Virus record (IMG/VR): IMGVR_UViG_3300021082_000058
Coordinates: 1-43,614 of that record
Direction: 5' to 3' (one strand)
Length of the DNA: 43,614 nt
DNA from: a virus
Taxonomy: Duplodnaviria; Caudoviricetes
This document shows positions 8,984 to 17,739 of the stretch, piece after piece. Every line of letters begins with the position of its first letter. Position 1 is the stretch's first letter. The position numbers and the translations under genes are program-made. The notes beneath the pieces are model-generated. The model was given only the letters and a program-made list of their open reading frames with translations, searched no databases and had not been told where the DNA came from.

Positions 8984-9414
8984 GAGATCACGTACCGCGC
9001 CATGCACTTCGGTGTCTCCCACAGTTCAACCATTACAGAGTGTAGTTCAAACATCTCCATACATGTGTACGCGAGATACCTTGCCATGTTCTCTGCTGTT
9101 GGATTAAACGGAAGGATAACTACTCCTTCGTCAACCCAGAACTCTTTCGTGTTTGGAACTACGAGTGGATCAGCATTCCAGATGAGCATCCGGTGGTCCC
9201 ACTCGTTGACAAGTTCCTTCAGGTCACCGAAGTCAACAACGAATCCTGGAGGTTTAACGACGCCTGCAGCCATGATGTGCACTCTGTACGTGTGTCCATG
9301 CAAACGTGCGCACTTGCCCTTGTGTCCAACAATGCGGTGCCCTGCGTCGAATGTCATCTCATACGAGATCTCAGAATGATCTGGTAGCATGTCGAATGCC
9401 TCTCTAACGCTCAT
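8980..9414 (-). CDS. queD: 6-carboxytetrahydropterin synthase
   Basis: FDAGHR, C.RLHGHTY, VDFGDLK, DH, NPTAEN, LWET. Confidence 0.96.
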   Translation of the reverse strand: MSVREAFDMLPDHSEISYEMTFDAGHRIVGHKGKCARLHGHTYRVHIMAAGVVKPPGFVVDFGDLKELVNEWDHRMLIWNADPLVVPNTKEFWVDEGVVILPFNPTAENMARYLAYTCMEMFELHSVMVELWETPKCMARYVIS

Positions 9415-9848
9415 GCCACTGCCTCGATTGAAATTCCACCACGAGACTTCTGCGTGAGCACCACACGGGTATTCTCTTCTTCGCTACCTGTCACTTCGAT
9501 TACCTGGTCACGAATGAACACAGCGAGTGTCTCACAGAACAGACCTGGTGCGTTTCCACTCATCGTGTTCTCATGGAGATTGTTGAACCAGATCTTGAGA
9601 CTTTTCGACTCGATGAGTTTTGGAGAATCCTTCAGAGTGATCTTGCATGTGTAGTAATCAGGCTGACCGGTGACCGGACACTTGGCTACTACTTCGTCTG
9701 ATGTGTAGTGGACAAGAGTGCATCCAGGATTGTCGAATGTCTCTAGTCCAGTGTATGCACCCGAACCTTGAGATGAAAGCGCCGCAAATGTTGGCGGCGC
9801 CTCCACCCCAGATCCGAGGAACCGGTGTTCTTGTTCCCCGGAAATCAT
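9411..9848 (-). CDS. queF: preQ0 reductase, QueF (unimodular T-fold)
   Basis: CPVTGQPD catalytic motif, QueF motif ESKSLKIW, C-terminal RGGI. Confidence 0.88.
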   Translation of the reverse strand: MISGEQEHRFLGSGVEAPPTFAALSSQGSGAYTGLETFDNPGCTLVHYTSDEVVAKCPVTGQPDYYTCKITLKDSPKLIESKSLKIWFNNLHENTMSGNAPGLFCETLAVFIRDQVIEVTGSEEENTRVVLTQKSRGGISIEAVA

Positions 9849-10340
9849 CTACTTGAACTTCCTGGTCGAGCCTGTCTTCTTTGCTGTGGTCGCTGTCTTG
9901 CGCGTTGCTGTCTTCTTCGTACCCCCTTTGGTCGTGCCGTTCTCAGAAGCGAGCACTGCGACAGGATTCGACTGCAGACGTCCCTCGTATGTCCGAGGCT
10001 TGTCACAGACAACGATGCATGGCATGCCAGCAAGCTCAGGCTCAGTAACAAGCATCGTGTCTTCGTCGTAGTCGATCTCGATCTCATCTGCAGGAAGACC
10101 CAAGTTCTCGAAATCCTGCTTCATCCGAAACAGAGCACGGGGGCTCAACGACCAGATGATCCATGCCTTGTTGGATGCGCCTGGTGCATCTGTGAGCGTG
10201 AACTCTGCGTTCAGATAGTCGTACTTGTCGTCCTGAACAGCTTCTACGTACGTGACCTTCTCGATGATGGCAGGGTATTCACCCTTCTCCAACGGTTCGA
10301 TCTCCTGAACCTCTGAGAAGTCCACTGTGACTTTCGGCAT
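9849..10340 (-). CDS. single-stranded DNA-binding protein (DUF669-like) with basic tail
   Basis: VDFSEV..PLEKGEY.AII pattern; downstream of Sak4-like ATPase; GAGGAG RBS before ATG 10340. Confidence 0.7.
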   Translation of the reverse strand: MPKVTVDFSEVQEIEPLEKGEYPAIIEKVTYVEAVQDDKYDYLNAEFTLTDAPGASNKAWIIWSLSPRALFRMKQDFENLGLPADEIEIDYDEDTMLVTEPELAGMPCIVVCDKPRTYEGRLQSNPVAVLASENGTTKGGTKKTATRKTATTAKKTGSTRKFK

Positions 10341-10351
10341 ATCAATTCTCC

Positions 10352-11104
10352 TCAACTGTTGTATTGCAGAGCGTCGAGCAACTTGGTCATGGTTGGATCT
10401 TCGATTTCATCTGGTGCCTCAATACCCCAACCCGTTCTGACACCGATGCGGATCTTTGGGTAGTTCTGTAGGAGGAGCAACCTCTGCATGTTGCCATCAT
10501 CGTCCTCAGATAGTGCCAAGTACGACACCACAGACATCAACCCTGGGATCTCGATTGCTGCACGACCAGCAAGGTTGACTGTAGTGATCAAGCCCTCCTT
10601 TCTGTCTACGTCTTCCTTGTGGTGAGCTGTGTAGAACATGTGGAGTGGCAGGTCGCGGAAGTAGCGAACGAATCTACGCATTTTCACGAGACCTTCTCCG
10701 TAGTCGCCTTGTTCGATGATGTCTGGATTGACACCTTTGCCCTCACGCCTCTCCCTGTGCTTCTCAAGGATGTCTAGAAGCATGAAGATATGTGTCTCAG
10801 ACAATGAGTCGATGGAACCTGACTTGAAGCCCTCGTCGTTGCTAGAGATTCGCTCGAAGCCTTCATTCAGCGATTCCCAATCCTTGACCTCATGCCTCAC
10901 GAAATCCGTCCCGTAACCAGGCATCGTCTCCAAGACATCTTCAACTCCGCCCTCAAGGTCGAGACACAACATCGGTGCTGTTCGCTCATCTTGTGCTGCT
11001 GTACCCAAGAAGCGTGTCTTGCCATGCTTCGGAGGTCCGTAGATGAGCCCTTTGCACCTGCGGTTGCTTGAGGCTGCTGCTGGCTTACGACGAGGTCGTG
11101 CCAT
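10352..11104 (-). CDS. AAA_24 / Sak4-like ATPase (ssDNA annealing)
   Basis: Walker A YGPPKHGKT, LDLEGG, IDSLS, AH motif; SSB neighbour. Confidence 0.85.
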   Translation of the reverse strand: MARPRRKPAAASSNRRCKGLIYGPPKHGKTRFLGTAAQDERTAPMLCLDLEGGVEDVLETMPGYGTDFVRHEVKDWESLNEGFERISSNDEGFKSGSIDSLSETHIFMLLDILEKHRERREGKGVNPDIIEQGDYGEGLVKMRRFVRYFRDLPLHMFYTAHHKEDVDRKEGLITTVNLAGRAAIEIPGLMSVVSYLALSEDDDGNMQRLLLLQNYPKIRIGVRTGWGIEAPDEIEDPTMTKLLDALQYNS

Positions 11105-11454
11105 CAGTCCTTCTTCACAACCGGTTCGACTGACTGTTCGAAGTTGAGTTCGTGGGCATCAGCGAACACGAGACACCCTTTCAACTCGTTACCGCGAATA
11201 CGTGCCCATTGAAATGCACGCACGAATCCATCTTGCTCGAACCGATGAGCCCAGACATCAACGAAGTAGGTACCTTCGCCTTCCACCTCAGGCTCGCCAT
11301 CCATGTCTTTGAGTTCTTGGAGGAACTTCTCTTTGTCGTCGGACACGTCAGGCAGATCACCAACAGCGACGACTGGACTTCCTTCTCCCTCCAACTCAGC
11401 GACCCTCGCCAATGCTTCAGCGAGTTCAGCTTCCAACTCTGGTTTAGTTGGCAC
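11104..11454 (-). CDS. hypothetical acidic protein
   Basis: GGAG RBS, TGATG overlap with next gene. Confidence 0.7.
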   Translation of the reverse strand: MPTKPELEAELAEALARVAELEGEGSPVVAVGDLPDVSDDKEKFLQELKDMDGEPEVEGEGTYFVDVWAHRFEQDGFVRAFQWARIRGNELKGCLVFADAHELNFEQSVEPVVKKD

Positions 11455-11733
11455 TTACACTCCTTCCACTAGGTCGTATGTGTAGAGGATGTTGTCTCGG
11501 TTCACTGTGTCACGTGACACAGAAGTCTCTTTAAGTGTCCAAGCATTTGGATCTTGGTTGATTTCAGGTTGCACGCCGAGAGCATTAAACTCCGTGATGA
11601 AATTCTGCACTACTGAAACCAAGAATGCAGTATCTTCAAGCATGCCTCTCCAGAATCCAGGTGTAGCCAATTGTACGTATGGTGTGCCTAATGGACCTGA
11701 ACGGCTCGGAAGGTATGCAACTATGATCTCCAC
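11455..11733 (-). CDS. hypothetical protein
   Basis: GGAGGGAG RBS, TAGTG overlap with nuclease stop. Confidence 0.65.
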   Translation of the reverse strand: MEIIVAYLPSRSGPLGTPYVQLATPGFWRGMLEDTAFLVSVVQNFITEFNALGVQPEINQDPNAWTLKETSVSRDTVNRDNILYTYDLVEGV

Positions 11734-12824
11734 TACACTCCCTCCCACTTCTCTGATAGAACTTTCTTCGGAATCTCTGTACGCGGCTCAACAATGTCGA
11801 ACATTGTCTCCTTCAGGTAGTCAGGCTCGCCACCTTCTTCCATCGTCTGACAGATAGGAAGCACTGCACACATGGGACACAGACGCTGCGACGGATTCGG
11901 GTATGCACGCTCTGGCATGTTGATTGCCTTCTGCATATCCAGATACTCGTAGAACAATCTCTGCTCAAAGGACCACAACTGCTCTTCATTGAACACAACA
12001 GCATCACGTACGAAAAACTGAGACCATCCCTTGTCTTTAAGATATGCAAGGATGTCTTCGTACTCTGATGCATCGAGTCCATGTTCCTTGATTGCATCCA
12101 CATAGAGATCGTACGTTGTTCTCTGTGCCTTGTCCTGTGACAACGCCCCTGACTTGAGGAGTCGTGGTGGGACAGGTGGTTCCTTGATCAATCCATTGTG
12201 GACGAATCCGTACGGGATTTCACCTGTAAGACGCCAGTAGATGTAACAGTACCCAGTGCCCTGATCGTCAATGTCGAGTGCGCGTGCATCATACGCTGAC
12301 ACTGTCGTCTTGTGATCCCAAATCCAGATACGCTTCTTCTTGTCTCTTACGACAAGGTCGATAGCGCCAGACAAGAGAGGGAGACCTTCAACACGATCTT
12401 CACTCTGAGGATCAAGGATGTCTACCCAAGCACGTTCCTCGATGTTGACAGCAATAACCTCTTCAAAGTCGAACTCAGCGCCGTCATCGAATTGCTTGTA
12501 ATAGGTGAGGATACGCAACCCTTTGTCTCGCCAATCCCACCACTCATCACCGATACCTTGATCGTACAACGTGCCGTAGATTTCCTTGAGGGTATCGTTC
12601 TCCTCAGTCCAAGCTTTGTTAAACGCACGTTTAGCAGCTGCAAGGCTACGTTTGTTACCTCTGTAGTACGCCTCTAGCGCTTTATGAATACATGTGCCGA
12701 AGATCAGAGCCCATGCGACACGGTTCTTATGCGCGAGGCGTTCTATTGTCTCCAAGTACCAACGACGGCGGCAGTCACGGAAGGAACTGCGCTCTGTCAC
12801 TGTTGTATGGAAGCGTGCCATCAC
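11733..12824 (-). CDS. PD-(D/E)xK Cas4/RecB-like exonuclease
   Basis: FRDCRRRW, GTCIHKALE, GAIDLVV, IWDHKT, C-terminal CPMC..C. Confidence 0.9.
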   Translation of the reverse strand: MMARFHTTVTERSSFRDCRRRWYLETIERLAHKNRVAWALIFGTCIHKALEAYYRGNKRSLAAAKRAFNKAWTEENDTLKEIYGTLYDQGIGDEWWDWRDKGLRILTYYKQFDDGAEFDFEEVIAVNIEERAWVDILDPQSEDRVEGLPLLSGAIDLVVRDKKKRIWIWDHKTTVSAYDARALDIDDQGTGYCYIYWRLTGEIPYGFVHNGLIKEPPVPPRLLKSGALSQDKAQRTTYDLYVDAIKEHGLDASEYEDILAYLKDKGWSQFFVRDAVVFNEEQLWSFEQRLFYEYLDMQKAINMPERAYPNPSQRLCPMCAVLPICQTMEEGGEPDYLKETMFDIVEPRTEIPKKVLSEKWEGV

Positions 12825-12839
12825 GACTATGTTAGTACC

Positions 12840-13235
12840 TCACGCGCTGCTCTGCAAGCGCACATTCATGTACCAACAGCCTATGCAGATAGCATCAAGC
12901 TCATGCTTACTGAGATTTTTCATCCCCATCCTTTTCAACTCAACCTTCAAGTCGCTTGTAATCGGGTGGGGCTTCCAATCTGCTGCTGTGACATAGACAA
13001 TGATCTCTCCGTACTCAGATTCTGTACGTGCGATGAGTGCTGCCATCTCATCACCAAGAGGTCCACGAATCACAACTGGCTTCTCAACTACAACGTGCAT
13101 AGGGACACCTATGTTGCGGATGTAAAGAAACAGTTCGTTGAGGTCAGTTGCATTGCCATACTTATGCACGCGATCAGGGTCGTACCACGAAGCCCAACCT
13201 GTTGTGCGTCCAAGATCAAGAGTAAGGAGATACAT
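12840..13235 (-). CDS. RuvC-like (RNase H fold) resolvase
   Basis: LTLDLGRTTGWA, VVVEKP, HELDAICIG. Confidence 0.75.
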   Translation of the reverse strand: MYLLTLDLGRTTGWASWYDPDRVHKYGNATDLNELFLYIRNIGVPMHVVVEKPVVIRGPLGDEMAALIARTESEYGEIIVYVTAADWKPHPITSDLKVELKRMGMKNLSKHELDAICIGCWYMNVRLQSSA

Positions 13236-13552
13236 CAGAAGCGTCTAAACGCTACGATGTCTGTCCAGTGAACGAACAACGATCCATCCACCTCTGTAAC
13301 ACCAGAGAAGTAGATGAGATCTCCTCTCTGCCACTCCCACGATTCAATAGGTATGTCTTCCTCGTGAGTATGATCACCAGACATCTCTACGATTACACCA
13401 GATCTGAATTCCTGAGTGGTAGGGTCGCGTACGACAATCAGACCTGACTCATGGTCATCTTGTGCTTCGATCAGAAAATAACCATTGCAGGGATGTATGT
13501 TACCATCCCTTTCGATTTCTTCTAGCTGTGCCATCCAGCCTCCTTTATGCAT
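13235..13552 (-). CDS. GroES-like co-chaperonin
   Basis: IHPCNGYFLIE..ESGLIV..SGVIVEMS..GDLIYF..DIVA matches the Cpn10 pattern; start could be 13534. Confidence 0.65.
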   Translation of the reverse strand: MHKGGWMAQLEEIERDGNIHPCNGYFLIEAQDDHESGLIVVRDPTTQEFRSGVIVEMSGDHTHEEDIPIESWEWQRGDLIYFSGVTEVDGSLFVHWTDIVAFRRF

Positions 13553-13562
13553 GAGTAATCAC

Positions 13563-13660
13563 TGCGGAAGGGTGATCGCTGGCGACGAATCCAGAACGCC
13601 TACAGGGGCGCGAACCTGTTGGGCACGCAAGTACAACAGATTCCTTCCCACCCTTCCGCA
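13563..13660 (-). ncRNA. putative structured intergenic RNA (multibranch, 12-bp closing stem)
   Basis: TGCGGAAGGGTG/CACCCTTCCGCA outer stem with internal CGCC/GGCG and CTGTTG/CAACAG hairpins. Confidence 0.45.
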
Positions 13661-13668
13661 CTAACTAC

Positions 13669-13875
13669 TTATGGCCGTGATCCGATATCGTAACCGAAAG
13701 GCTCTTCCTCTATGTGCTGTTCTTCCCTGATACGCACAATCTCTTTCTCGATCTTGAGCCATTCCTTCGCCCAGTACTCTTCTTCGCACTCAGAGCAAGG
13801 AATCATTTCTGACTCGTAGTAAGGCCAATGACCTTTAACTACTAGATGAAACAGACTCTGTAGAAACCGTACCAT
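13669..13875 (-). CDS. hypothetical protein (CxxC)
   Basis: GGGAG RBS; 68 aa. Confidence 0.55.
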   Translation of the reverse strand: MVRFLQSLFHLVVKGHWPYYESEMIPCSECEEEYWAKEWLKIEKEIVRIREEQHIEEEPFGYDIGSRP

Positions 13876-14251
13876 GTTGCTCTCCCTTCACTCGTACGAC
13901 TACGTCAGTGACAACTGTTGCGGTCACCCACGCGCCGTCTTTGTGGGTCGTTACTTTCAGACCCATTTGATGTGCCACCCGTCGGAGTTTTTCTCTTGAG
14001 TAGTTACCAAGCCAGACATGTGTTGCTTTGCCCATCGTGTGGAACTGCAACGTGATAGAATCTCTAGAGGGTGAGAGCCGCTCCATAAAAGCCTGATTAA
14101 GCTGACTCTCGATGAACCGATCACCGAACTCTGACACTGACTTGCGCCAAGCATAGTACGCATGCTGGAACGGCATGTCAGAGGGGGAGATCAACTCACC
14201 TTCTGACTCTGAGAAATACAGATCCTGAGCGAGATACTCTTCGTCAGTCAT
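13835..14251 (-). CDS. hypothetical protein
   Basis: 138 aa, overlaps neighbours in operon. Confidence 0.7.
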   Translation of the reverse strand: MTDEEYLAQDLYFSESEGELISPSDMPFQHAYYAWRKSVSEFGDRFIESQLNQAFMERLSPSRDSITLQFHTMGKATHVWLGNYSREKLRRVAHQMGLKVTTHKDGAWVTATVVTDVVVRVKGEQHGTVSTESVSSSS

Positions 14252-14609
14252 CTGGAGTCAACACCGCTGTGATACTGACACGTTCGCCAGACACGACCTG
14301 GAGAACTTCATGATTTGTCTTTGCGAGCGCGACCAGAAAGACACCTTCGTTTGGCGCAATGCGCAAGACAATTTCTCCACCCTCTTCAGGTCCTTCAACG
14401 ACAGTGATGACCAAGAAATCTTCATCTGTCAACCTGCCATCGCTATGAGGCCTGATTGAGGCTCCAGGGGACAGCAAGTTCCGTCGCAGGTTACCCATGT
14501 GCTTCATTGGGCGTCCTGCTACAGCACTAACTGCTTCCTGCAGCCTGTCTGTATACGCAGCGAGAGTAGGATCATCAAGTTCCCACTCAACTCTGAAAAG
14601 GCCATACAT
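14244..14609 (-). CDS. 2OG-Fe(II) oxygenase (prolyl-hydroxylase-like)
   Basis: PHSDG (HxD), EGGE, HEV, GERVSI (RxS). Confidence 0.8.
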   Translation of the reverse strand: MYGLFRVEWELDDPTLAAYTDRLQEAVSAVAGRPMKHMGNLRRNLLSPGASIRPHSDGRLTDEDFLVITVVEGPEEGGEIVLRIAPNEGVFLVALAKTNHEVLQVVSGERVSITAVLTPDD

Positions 14610-14633
14610 TGCGTGTCCCTTCGTCGTATTAGC

Positions 14634-14738
14634 CAGTGTGGGTGAGGTAGGCTAGCGTCTGTACTCTGACCTGGACATCTCACCCACACTGTCTGCCGTC
14701 AACCACCTCACGTCATATGGATCTCACAACACATGACG
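14634..14738 (-). promoter_or_regulatory. structured 5' leader of oxygenase operon
   Basis: 13-bp stem CAGTGTGGGTGAG/CTCACCCACACTG (14634-14691) and CGTCAT/ATGACG hairpin (14711-14738), downstream of a promoter. Confidence 0.5.
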
Positions 14739-14746
14739 CAATGTGC

Positions 14747-14776
14747 ATCATAGAACATCTCCGTCTCACTCTGCAA
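14747..14776 (-). promoter_or_regulatory. sigma70-type promoter
   Basis: TTGCAG-N18-TATGAT, intergenic. Confidence 0.55.
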
Positions 14777-14791
14777 GCACAATCGTGGGGT

Positions 14792-15358
14792 TTACGTTGG
14801 CTGACATGACCACGGGCTCCAGTCACGTCCAGAGGAAACAAAGTAGTGATACGCTGCGACTGCTTGCTCTAATGCCGTGTACCCATGACCGTAGAGCGCT
14901 CGTTCAGAGGAACCCATTTGGAACAGACCGAGGTACTGTCCATTATGAGCTGTTATATGGTAGCGTGACTCACACCAAGAGACAGAGAGTGCCTCACTAC
15001 AGTACACACCGAACACGTGACAGATTGCCTCTTCAGGGTCGCGTAGATCAACCCATGTCTGGAACGCTGATTGTGCGCGACCCTGCCACAAATTTGAGAT
15101 CCAGTGGAGGTATGCACAACCGCGTGACCGTTTGTCTTGGTATGAGCTTCTGGTCCTCGGAACTAATATCTTGTCTTGCCACCTCCACGTCGCTTTTCTC
15201 TTAACTTCGATGTACGTCTTGATGGCGTGTTGGTTGCACTTGAAGGTAGTTGCCCCTGTGGGCTTAGCCGTCGCTTCTGGAGCGCGAGGACTAGACACAG
15301 CGGCGAAGAGAAGTACTGATGCCACTGCGACCACCAGTGCCGTTGCTCGTGTTGCCAC
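14792..15358 (-). CDS. secreted lytic transglycosylase / lysozyme-like protein
   Basis: Signal peptide; catalytic CES, GLFQM, DWSPWSC; GGAGG RBS before GTG 15358. Confidence 0.8.
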   Translation of the reverse strand: MATRATALVVAVASVLLFAAVSSPRAPEATAKPTGATTFKCNQHAIKTYIEVKRKATWRWQDKILVPRTRSSYQDKRSRGCAYLHWISNLWQGRAQSAFQTWVDLRDPEEAICHVFGVYCSEALSVSWCESRYHITAHNGQYLGLFQMGSSERALYGHGYTALEQAVAAYHYFVSSGRDWSPWSCQPT

Positions 15359-15462
15359 GATACGCACCTCCTGGTATGGTTATCGCTGTGATTATGCGCA
15401 CAATCGCGCGTAGCATGCAAATGCAGCGTATTTTAACCGCACAGAACGCACGCTCACGGGCA

Positions 15463-15482
15463 AAGCACGGTAGGCCCATGCT
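15463..15482. repeat. 20-bp dispersed repeat, copy 2
   Basis: Identical to 847-866. Confidence 0.85.
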
Positions 15483-15521
15483 TTCCATTGGGCGATATAC
15501 GCACGTGACAGACGCTCATGC

Positions 15522-15773
15522 TCATGCACGCGCTGGGACGATTTTGTAAGACGGGTCATATGTCGCAATGGTCTCCTCAAGAGAGCTCCGTGCGTAATGT
15601 CTGTCAGTCCCTACACCCATGACACGTCGAGGGATCACATCATCATTTCCGCCGCCTGTTCTTTCTGCTGCAATGCAGTGCCAACGTGAAGGATACAGCT
15701 TCCCCATGTTGATTGCAAACTCTCTCGGGAAGCCTTGCGACGTTACTGTCTGACTGAGAATCTTCCAGGTCAC
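15522..15773 (-). CDS. hypothetical protein
   Basis: GTGA overlap with helicase stop. Confidence 0.6.
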   Translation of the reverse strand: MTWKILSQTVTSQGFPREFAINMGKLYPSRWHCIAAERTGGGNDDVIPRRVMGVGTDRHYARSSLEETIATYDPSYKIVPARA

Positions 15774-17632
15774 GGGACATGCTCCTCTCCGAGTGATCGT
15801 AGAATCTTTGCCAGATCAGAGCCTGTCATCTTGGCCATGTCTGGCAACTTCCCTGCTAGGTTAAGTTCTACGTAGTCGTCCACTGTGCCATGACAACGTG
15901 GATTGATGAGCAAAGGGCGGTGGTTGTAACCTGCGAGTTTCGCCCTTGCTCCTGCCGCACGATGGAACATCTGGAACCATGCATCTGAGTCCCATGTCTT
16001 GTCGTAGGTGATGATTGTGTGAGCGTTGGCGAGTGTGTGACCATACTTGCCAACGGTGATACCAAGCAAGAGAACATCAACGTCACCTGCCTTGAACTCC
16101 TCGATGATCTTGTCCGAGTCCTTCGTGCCTCCCAGGACCATCTCTATTCTGCGTCCCTTGAGCGCGGAGTTGTTGCCTCGTGTCTTCTTGGCCTTCTTCA
16201 GCAACCTGTCACGCAGCGCGTGAGCGCCTGGACGATGATGCACCCACACGAGAACCGGCCACTCGACCTCGGCATCTCCGAGATCCAAGAGCTGCTCTAC
16301 AAAGTCCGCCTTAGCTGAATAGTCAGGCCACTCTGTACCCGTTGTCTCAAGGTTGTAGAGATTTGATGTGATCTGCTGGAGTCGTGTGAGCATCGCTATG
16401 ACCACAGTGACCTGCACTCGCTTCTCCGGATTCTCTTCCAATTCGTGAAGCCAGGTGTCGAGTACATCTGCATGTGCCTTCGCTTGCTTCGGATGCAGTT
16501 CAAGCTTGACATCTTTGTATCTATATGTCGGAAGATCTTCGAATACCTCTTCTTGGTTGCGCACGAACATGAGATCTGGGAACTCTTCACGCAGCGAGAT
16601 GCTCTTGCGAGATCCGAGAATCTCACCCATCGACCATTGGGTCTTTACGACGACGCAGAATTCCTCTGCCGTTCGCCAGAACGACGTAAAGTAGTCAGGT
16701 TCGATGATTGCCAACTGCTCATGTATGTCTGAGTTATCCCTTTTGACAGGTGCTCCAGATAGTTCCCAAGTGCGTGACGATGACCGAGATAGAGTTCGTG
16801 CAACTGATGTGCGCTTTGCCTTCCGATTTGAGAGAAGAACCGACTCATCGAAGATAACCAAGTCCCAATCAAGATCCCACTCCTCTTTCAGGTGTCCTGT
16901 GACAATCCAGTTGCCTGTGTGCTCATCTTGCTCACGTTCTAGCACTGTGTCGTAGTTAGTTACTGTCCACCGTAGTGAACGATCAGGAGTTGGCTCATCT
17001 TGATGGACGACCTCGACGGAAGGCTCAGATGACCACAGGCGCACTTCCCGTGCCCACTGTTCGACCAGTGGCAGTACAGTTACGACGCACGCGCGTAGTG
17101 AGCCTTTGCCGTCCATCTTCTTCTCTATGTACTCGTCACCTGCAACAATCGAGATTGGTGTCTTACCGAGGCCCGGCGACAAGACAAGCATTGCACCGTG
17201 GAAGGGTCGCGTAGCGAGTGCGTGCATCGCCTCATGCTGAAAAGGTGCATCCCAGTATCTCTTTTTGAGGATTCTCTTCGCTCTACGTACACCAGCGTGT
17301 TCGTCCCAGGAGATACCGAGTGCGGAAGCAACCTCTGTGTCTGTCGTCTCCCAAGGCTGATTCAGAAGACGCTTCACATCAGTTGTAAGAGATGCATCCT
17401 CATCGAGGTTGACGATCTTCCGCACCATCCGAGTGAGGCGGGGAAGTCTGAAAGCCTGGTTCTTTTTCTCCCACCGGCCACCCCACTCTTTCACCTCATG
17501 TGCCACAGTACCAACATCCGAAGAGGGGGAGTAAAGAAGCCATCGTCCCTCAACCCAGACGTTATGCTTGTGGGTGATTTGCTTGTTACTGCCCTTGAGC
17601 GTCTTCTGGATGATATTCTCTTTAGGACTCAT
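15770..17632 (-). CDS. SNF2-like SF2 helicase with divergent motifs
   Basis: PGLGKT, TNYD, VIFDES, LSGAP, LTRLQQI, G.TL..A, QMFHR. Confidence 0.88.
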   Translation of the reverse strand: MSPKENIIQKTLKGSNKQITHKHNVWVEGRWLLYSPSSDVGTVAHEVKEWGGRWEKKNQAFRLPRLTRMVRKIVNLDEDASLTTDVKRLLNQPWETTDTEVASALGISWDEHAGVRRAKRILKKRYWDAPFQHEAMHALATRPFHGAMLVLSPGLGKTPISIVAGDEYIEKKMDGKGSLRACVVTVLPLVEQWAREVRLWSSEPSVEVVHQDEPTPDRSLRWTVTNYDTVLEREQDEHTGNWIVTGHLKEEWDLDWDLVIFDESVLLSNRKAKRTSVARTLSRSSSRTWELSGAPVKRDNSDIHEQLAIIEPDYFTSFWRTAEEFCVVVKTQWSMGEILGSRKSISLREEFPDLMFVRNQEEVFEDLPTYRYKDVKLELHPKQAKAHADVLDTWLHELEENPEKRVQVTVVIAMLTRLQQITSNLYNLETTGTEWPDYSAKADFVEQLLDLGDAEVEWPVLVWVHHRPGAHALRDRLLKKAKKTRGNNSALKGRRIEMVLGGTKDSDKIIEEFKAGDVDVLLLGITVGKYGHTLANAHTIITYDKTWDSDAWFQMFHRAAGARAKLAGYNHRPLLINPRCHGTVDDYVELNLAGKLPDMAKMTGSDLAKILRSLGEEHVP

Positions 17633-17739
17633 ACCAACCCCAGGATTATCCAGATAACTCCAACGATGAGAGTAACCATGACAATACCTGAAGCAATTAT
17701 GACCAAGAGCCCAATCAGTTTGTACTGTGCGTCTGTCAT
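17629..17739 (-). CDS. 36-aa membrane peptide
   Basis: MTDAQYKLIGLLVIIASGIVMVTLIVGVIWIILGLV; ATGA overlaps at both ends. Confidence 0.6.
   Translation of the reverse strand: MTDAQYKLIGLLVIIASGIVMVTLIVGVIWIILGLV

Noticed and set aside
6156-9848. Host-type queuosine tRNA-modification operon
   Set aside because: No queA or queG/H; embedded among phage replication genes with a DpdA-like gene, so DNA modification is more likely
11733-12824. CRISPR-associated Cas4
   Set aside because: Context (Sak4-like ATPase, SSB, RuvC-like) indicates an ordinary phage recombination exonuclease
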